This document shows, in pieces, positions 60,882-64,000 of a DNA stretch of 64,000 bases. Every line of letters starts with the position of its first letter. The stretch's first letter is position 1. The notes under the pieces were generated by a model. That model saw only the letters and a program-made list of their open reading frames with translations, ran no database searches and was not told the origin of the DNA. Source of the DNA: Myxococcales bacterium (GTDB taxonomy: Bacteria; Myxococcota_A; Polyangia; Polyangiales; Polyangiaceae); contig JAYTOU010000053.1 in assembly GCA_043747615.1 (NCBI GenBank), positions 91,923 through 155,922 of the forward strand, in the 5' to 3' direction. The translations under genes were made by a program, and so were the position numbers.

Positions 60882-62894
60882 ATGCGACTTTTTAGCACGA
60901 TACGTGGTCGCCTCGCTGGATCAGGGGCTCTCGCTCTCGTCGCTGGGCTCGCGGCCGTTGCAGCGTGCGGGTCGACCACGAGTCATCCGTTCGACCCTGC
61001 GGAGGGCGTCGACAGCGGGGGCGCCGGTCCGTTGCTCAACTCCCAGGACGTCGCTTCGATCACCATTGATCCCCCTGCGGCGACCATCACGATCGTCAAC
61101 GGGGTGATCGTCACCCAGGGGCTCGACGTCATCGCCCACTACGGCGACGGCACGATGACAAAGGTCACAAGCGGTGTCGGGTGGTCGGTGACGAACGTTC
61201 CCATGGGAAACATCGCGAGCTCGGGGCTGTACACGCCGAGCGGCAACCAGGGCGGCCTCGCCACAGCCACCGCGGTCTACAAAATGCAGAAGGCTACCGC
61301 CGCGCTCACCGTGAAGCTCAAGTTCCGCGAGAACGCGGGCATGCTCGGTTCGCCCGTGCAGGCCGCACTCACCGGCGCGACAGTGGCAGATGCGAGCGTC
61401 CTTTGGGCCTACCCTTACGACGGCACCGTGTTTCCCCGAGGGATAGCCGGCCCGCAACTCATGTGGAACAACGGCACCGCGGGCGATGCGTATTACGTGC
61501 ATGTTACAAGCCCGACATTCGAGCTCGAGAGCTTCACGACGACGCCGCCCCCTTCCAGTTACGCCTTCACGGCGGGCCTATGGCAGAAGTTCGTGGATTC
61601 GACGAGCGGCGCCGCGAACCTGACGGTTGCGCGTCTCGCCGGTGGCACGCCCTCCGGAGCGGCAACGGTGATCGCGAAGCACGCGTGGTCGATCGCCCCT
61701 GCATCCATGCGCGGAACTATTTACTACTGGTCCAACAACGTGGGCCGCGTCATGCGGATCAAGCCGGGAGCCGCTGCTGCGGACGACTTCAGCGCGGGCA
61801 CGTTCGGCGCCCTGCCCGCCTCGGGCTGCACCATGACATGCCACACCGTTTCCGCCGACGGCTCCACGCTCGTCAGCGGTGGTGACACCCTCGGGGGCTC
61901 CTACGATCTCCTGAAAAATCAGGTCATTTTCGACAACGGCGGCGCCACCGGCACCCCGCAGAAACGCGCATGGGCCATGCCCGCGCTCTCTCCCAACGGC
62001 AAATACATGGTGCAGAACTCGGCCGCGGGCGTGCCCGGTCCTCCCGGTGCCCTCGACGGACTCTGGAAGACGGCCGACGGAACGCGCATGAGCGGGAGCG
62101 GGCTCGACGGCGCGCACCTCGGGATGCCGAACTTCTCCCCCGACGGAACGAAGATCGCGTACGTCGACGTGGCCACCGGCGGGCTCTCCTCCTATGCCTT
62201 CGATCCGGTCGCGGTGAAGGCGGGCGCGTCTACCCCTCTTGTCGACGTTGGGACGGGTCTTGCCATCGAGTGGCCGAGCCTCACCCCAGACGCCAACTGG
62301 ATCATCTACCATCGCGGTCCCCTCGATTCGCGCCTCGGAAACGCGGACCTGTTTTTGGCGAGCGCCACCATCCCCAATAAGGAGGTCCGCCTCGCGAAGC
62401 TCGATGGAGACACGTACCCCTTCGCCGCCGCAGACCGAGACAAGTCGTGGAACTACGAGCCGACGTTCGCGCCCGTTCCTTCTGGCGGGTACTTCTGGGT
62501 CGTTTTTACCAGCCGACGAACGTACGGAAACGCGCTGGTCGGCGCGAAGGACGCCGTGAAGCAGCTGTGGGTTGCGGCGATCGATCTCGCTCCCGCGCCC
62601 GGAGTAGACCCGAGCCACCCGCCGTTTCTCCTACCGGGACAAGACACGACCTCGCTCAACATGCGAGGCTTCTGGGCGCTTGATCCCTGCAAGGGCGACG
62701 GCCAGGGATGCTCGACGGGCACCGAGTGTTGCAACGGCGCCTGCGACGGCACGGGCGCAGACGGGGGCTTGATCTGCAAGGCCGGCGCGTGCGCCGCGGA
62801 AGGCGATCGCTGCGCAGTCGCGTCGGACTGCTGCGACGTCGCCAGCGGCGCCACCTGCATCAACCACGTCTGCTCGCAGCCGCCGCCGAGGTAG
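60882..62894 (+). CDS. Lipoprotein with Ig-like domain, TolB-like beta-propeller and Cys-rich C-terminus
   Basis: VAAC lipobox; YPYDGTVFP, PNFSPDGTKIAY, WVVFTSRRTYGN; CC-rich tail. Confidence 0.8.
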   Translation: MRLFSTIRGRLAGSGALALVAGLAAVAACGSTTSHPFDPAEGVDSGGAGPLLNSQDVASITIDPPAATITIVNGVIVTQGLDVIAHYGDGTMTKVTSGVGWSVTNVPMGNIASSGLYTPSGNQGGLATATAVYKMQKATAALTVKLKFRENAGMLGSPVQAALTGATVADASVLWAYPYDGTVFPRGIAGPQLMWNNGTAGDAYYVHVTSPTFELESFTTTPPPSSYAFTAGLWQKFVDSTSGAANLTVARLAGGTPSGAATVIAKHAWSIAPASMRGTIYYWSNNVGRVMRIKPGAAAADDFSAGTFGALPASGCTMTCHTVSADGSTLVSGGDTLGGSYDLLKNQVIFDNGGATGTPQKRAWAMPALSPNGKYMVQNSAAGVPGPPGALDGLWKTADGTRMSGSGLDGAHLGMPNFSPDGTKIAYVDVATGGLSSYAFDPVAVKAGASTPLVDVGTGLAIEWPSLTPDANWIIYHRGPLDSRLGNADLFLASATIPNKEVRLAKLDGDTYPFAAADRDKSWNYEPTFAPVPSGGYFWVVFTSRRTYGNALVGAKDAVKQLWVAAIDLAPAPGVDPSHPPFLLPGQDTTSLNMRGFWALDPCKGDGQGCSTGTECCNGACDGTGADGGLICKAGACAAEGDRCAVASDCCDVASGATCINHVCSQPPPR

Positions 62895-62994
62895 CGACCG
62901 GGCCGCGCGCTCTGCAGGAGCATGACGTGCGTGGCAGTCTGCGGGCCGAGTCTGCGGCGCCGACGACCATCCGAAAAGGGTTGGCGCTCATTTT

Positions 62995-63905
62995 TCATTC
63001 GACGGCGCAGGTCCGGAACCCCGCGATGACGTCTCGCCGATCCGGCGGATAAAAATTGCGCCACGTGTTCCGGAGGAGGCGAGCGCGCGTTGCCCAGCAG
63101 CCGCCACCTTGTGCGGCGTCGGGAACCACAGCTCCGAGTACTCCTTGTAGGGATCGGCAATGAACCCTGGAAACGGCGCGAAGTCGCTCGACGTCCACTC
63201 CCACACGTTGCCAATCATCTGACGGCAGCCGTACGCGCTGTCGCCCTCCGCGAAGGCTGCGACGTCGACGGGACCGCCACGACTGCCATCGAGGTTCGCG
63301 CGCTCGCCCGTCGGCGCGTCGTCACCCCACGCAAAGCGTCGCTTCTTAGGCGTCGACGCCGCGAGCTCCCATTCCGCTTCGGTCGGCAGGCGACGCTTCG
63401 CCCACCAGCAATAGGCTTCTGCCTCGTGAAAGCAAACATGCACGATTGGCTGATGAGGCGCGATAGACACGACCGAATCGTAGCGACGTACGGCGAAGCC
63501 ACGATCGATGGGGCGCCAGTAGATAGGATGCCTCGCTCCGGTGCAGACGCGCCAGTGCCATCCGTCCTCGCTCCAGAACGCGCGTTCGTCGTAACCCGAC
63601 GCTTCGACAAAGCGCGCGAACTCTTCGTTGGTGACCGGCGCGCGCGCGATCTGGAACGTGCTGACGTCGACCTCGTGCCCCCATTTTTCATTGTCGAAAA
63701 CGAACGCCGCGTGGTCCGTGGCGCCGAGATTGAAGCGGGCCCCGGGAACCTCCGCATCCCCGGGGAACGGGCCCCCGCTGGCGGAAGAGATGAAGCCGAA
63801 CGGCAAGCCCGATGCAGGAAACCCGAGCGTCTGACGCGTGTACGTGAAGGCTTCACCGTGCATGTCCTCGTGAAAAAGGGCGAGCGTGTGAAAGTACGGA
63901 TCCCT
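62995..63905 (-). pseudogene. senA: SenA/EgtB-like sulfoxide/selenoxide synthase remnant (FGE-sulfatase domain), frameshifted and 5'-truncated
   Basis: LFHEDMHGEAFTYTRQTLG, FDNEK, RLPTEAEWE, GNVWEWT; conserved GGCWAT..RNFY..GFRTC tail lies in another frame. Confidence 0.65.
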
Positions 63906-64000
63906 GCGTGCCAGTGCGATTTGAGACGGTCGGTTCGTTGGAATCTCTGTAGCAAAGGGCGGAGAATGGACTTCTCCCATGCCGATGCCGTCGACAAATT

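Overview
GC-rich, gene-dense bacterial chromosomal segment. The gene content (Ser/Thr kinases, FHA proteins, REC-DUF4388 regulator, Cys-rich lipoproteins, TonB-C-fused TonB-dependent receptor, DUF5939-type cyclase) points to Myxococcota, probably Polyangia; this is an inference. About 54 CDS can be supported. I saw no rRNA, tRNA, CRISPR array or transposase. Recognisable housekeeping genes: peptide ABC transporter parts, galE, purE/purK, frmA, a pgsA-like gene, an M16 peptidase pair, tex and msrB. The best candidate for an undescribed system is a minus-strand operon (39655->30321). It encodes an FAD/NAD(P)H oxidoreductase with 3 FHA domains, a polyferredoxin with two cNMP-binding domains, a 5-TM heme-b/pentaheme-c fusion, a tiny lipoprotein ending in -GGW and a beta-propeller/di-heme peroxidase-like lipoprotein; together these look like a signal-controlled trans-membrane electron conduit. 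Other notable items: a tandem pair of paralogous cNMP-binding membrane proteins (one with intact and one with degenerate HxHH/DE motifs), an FHA domain fused to a class II DAHP synthase, a TonB-dependent receptor/lipoprotein/Fur operon with a Fur-type box, a GT-C-rich glycosylation cluster, a structured intergenic element, and a frameshifted, 5'-truncated senA/egtB-like remnant. All family calls come from motif recognition by eye; no database searches were run.
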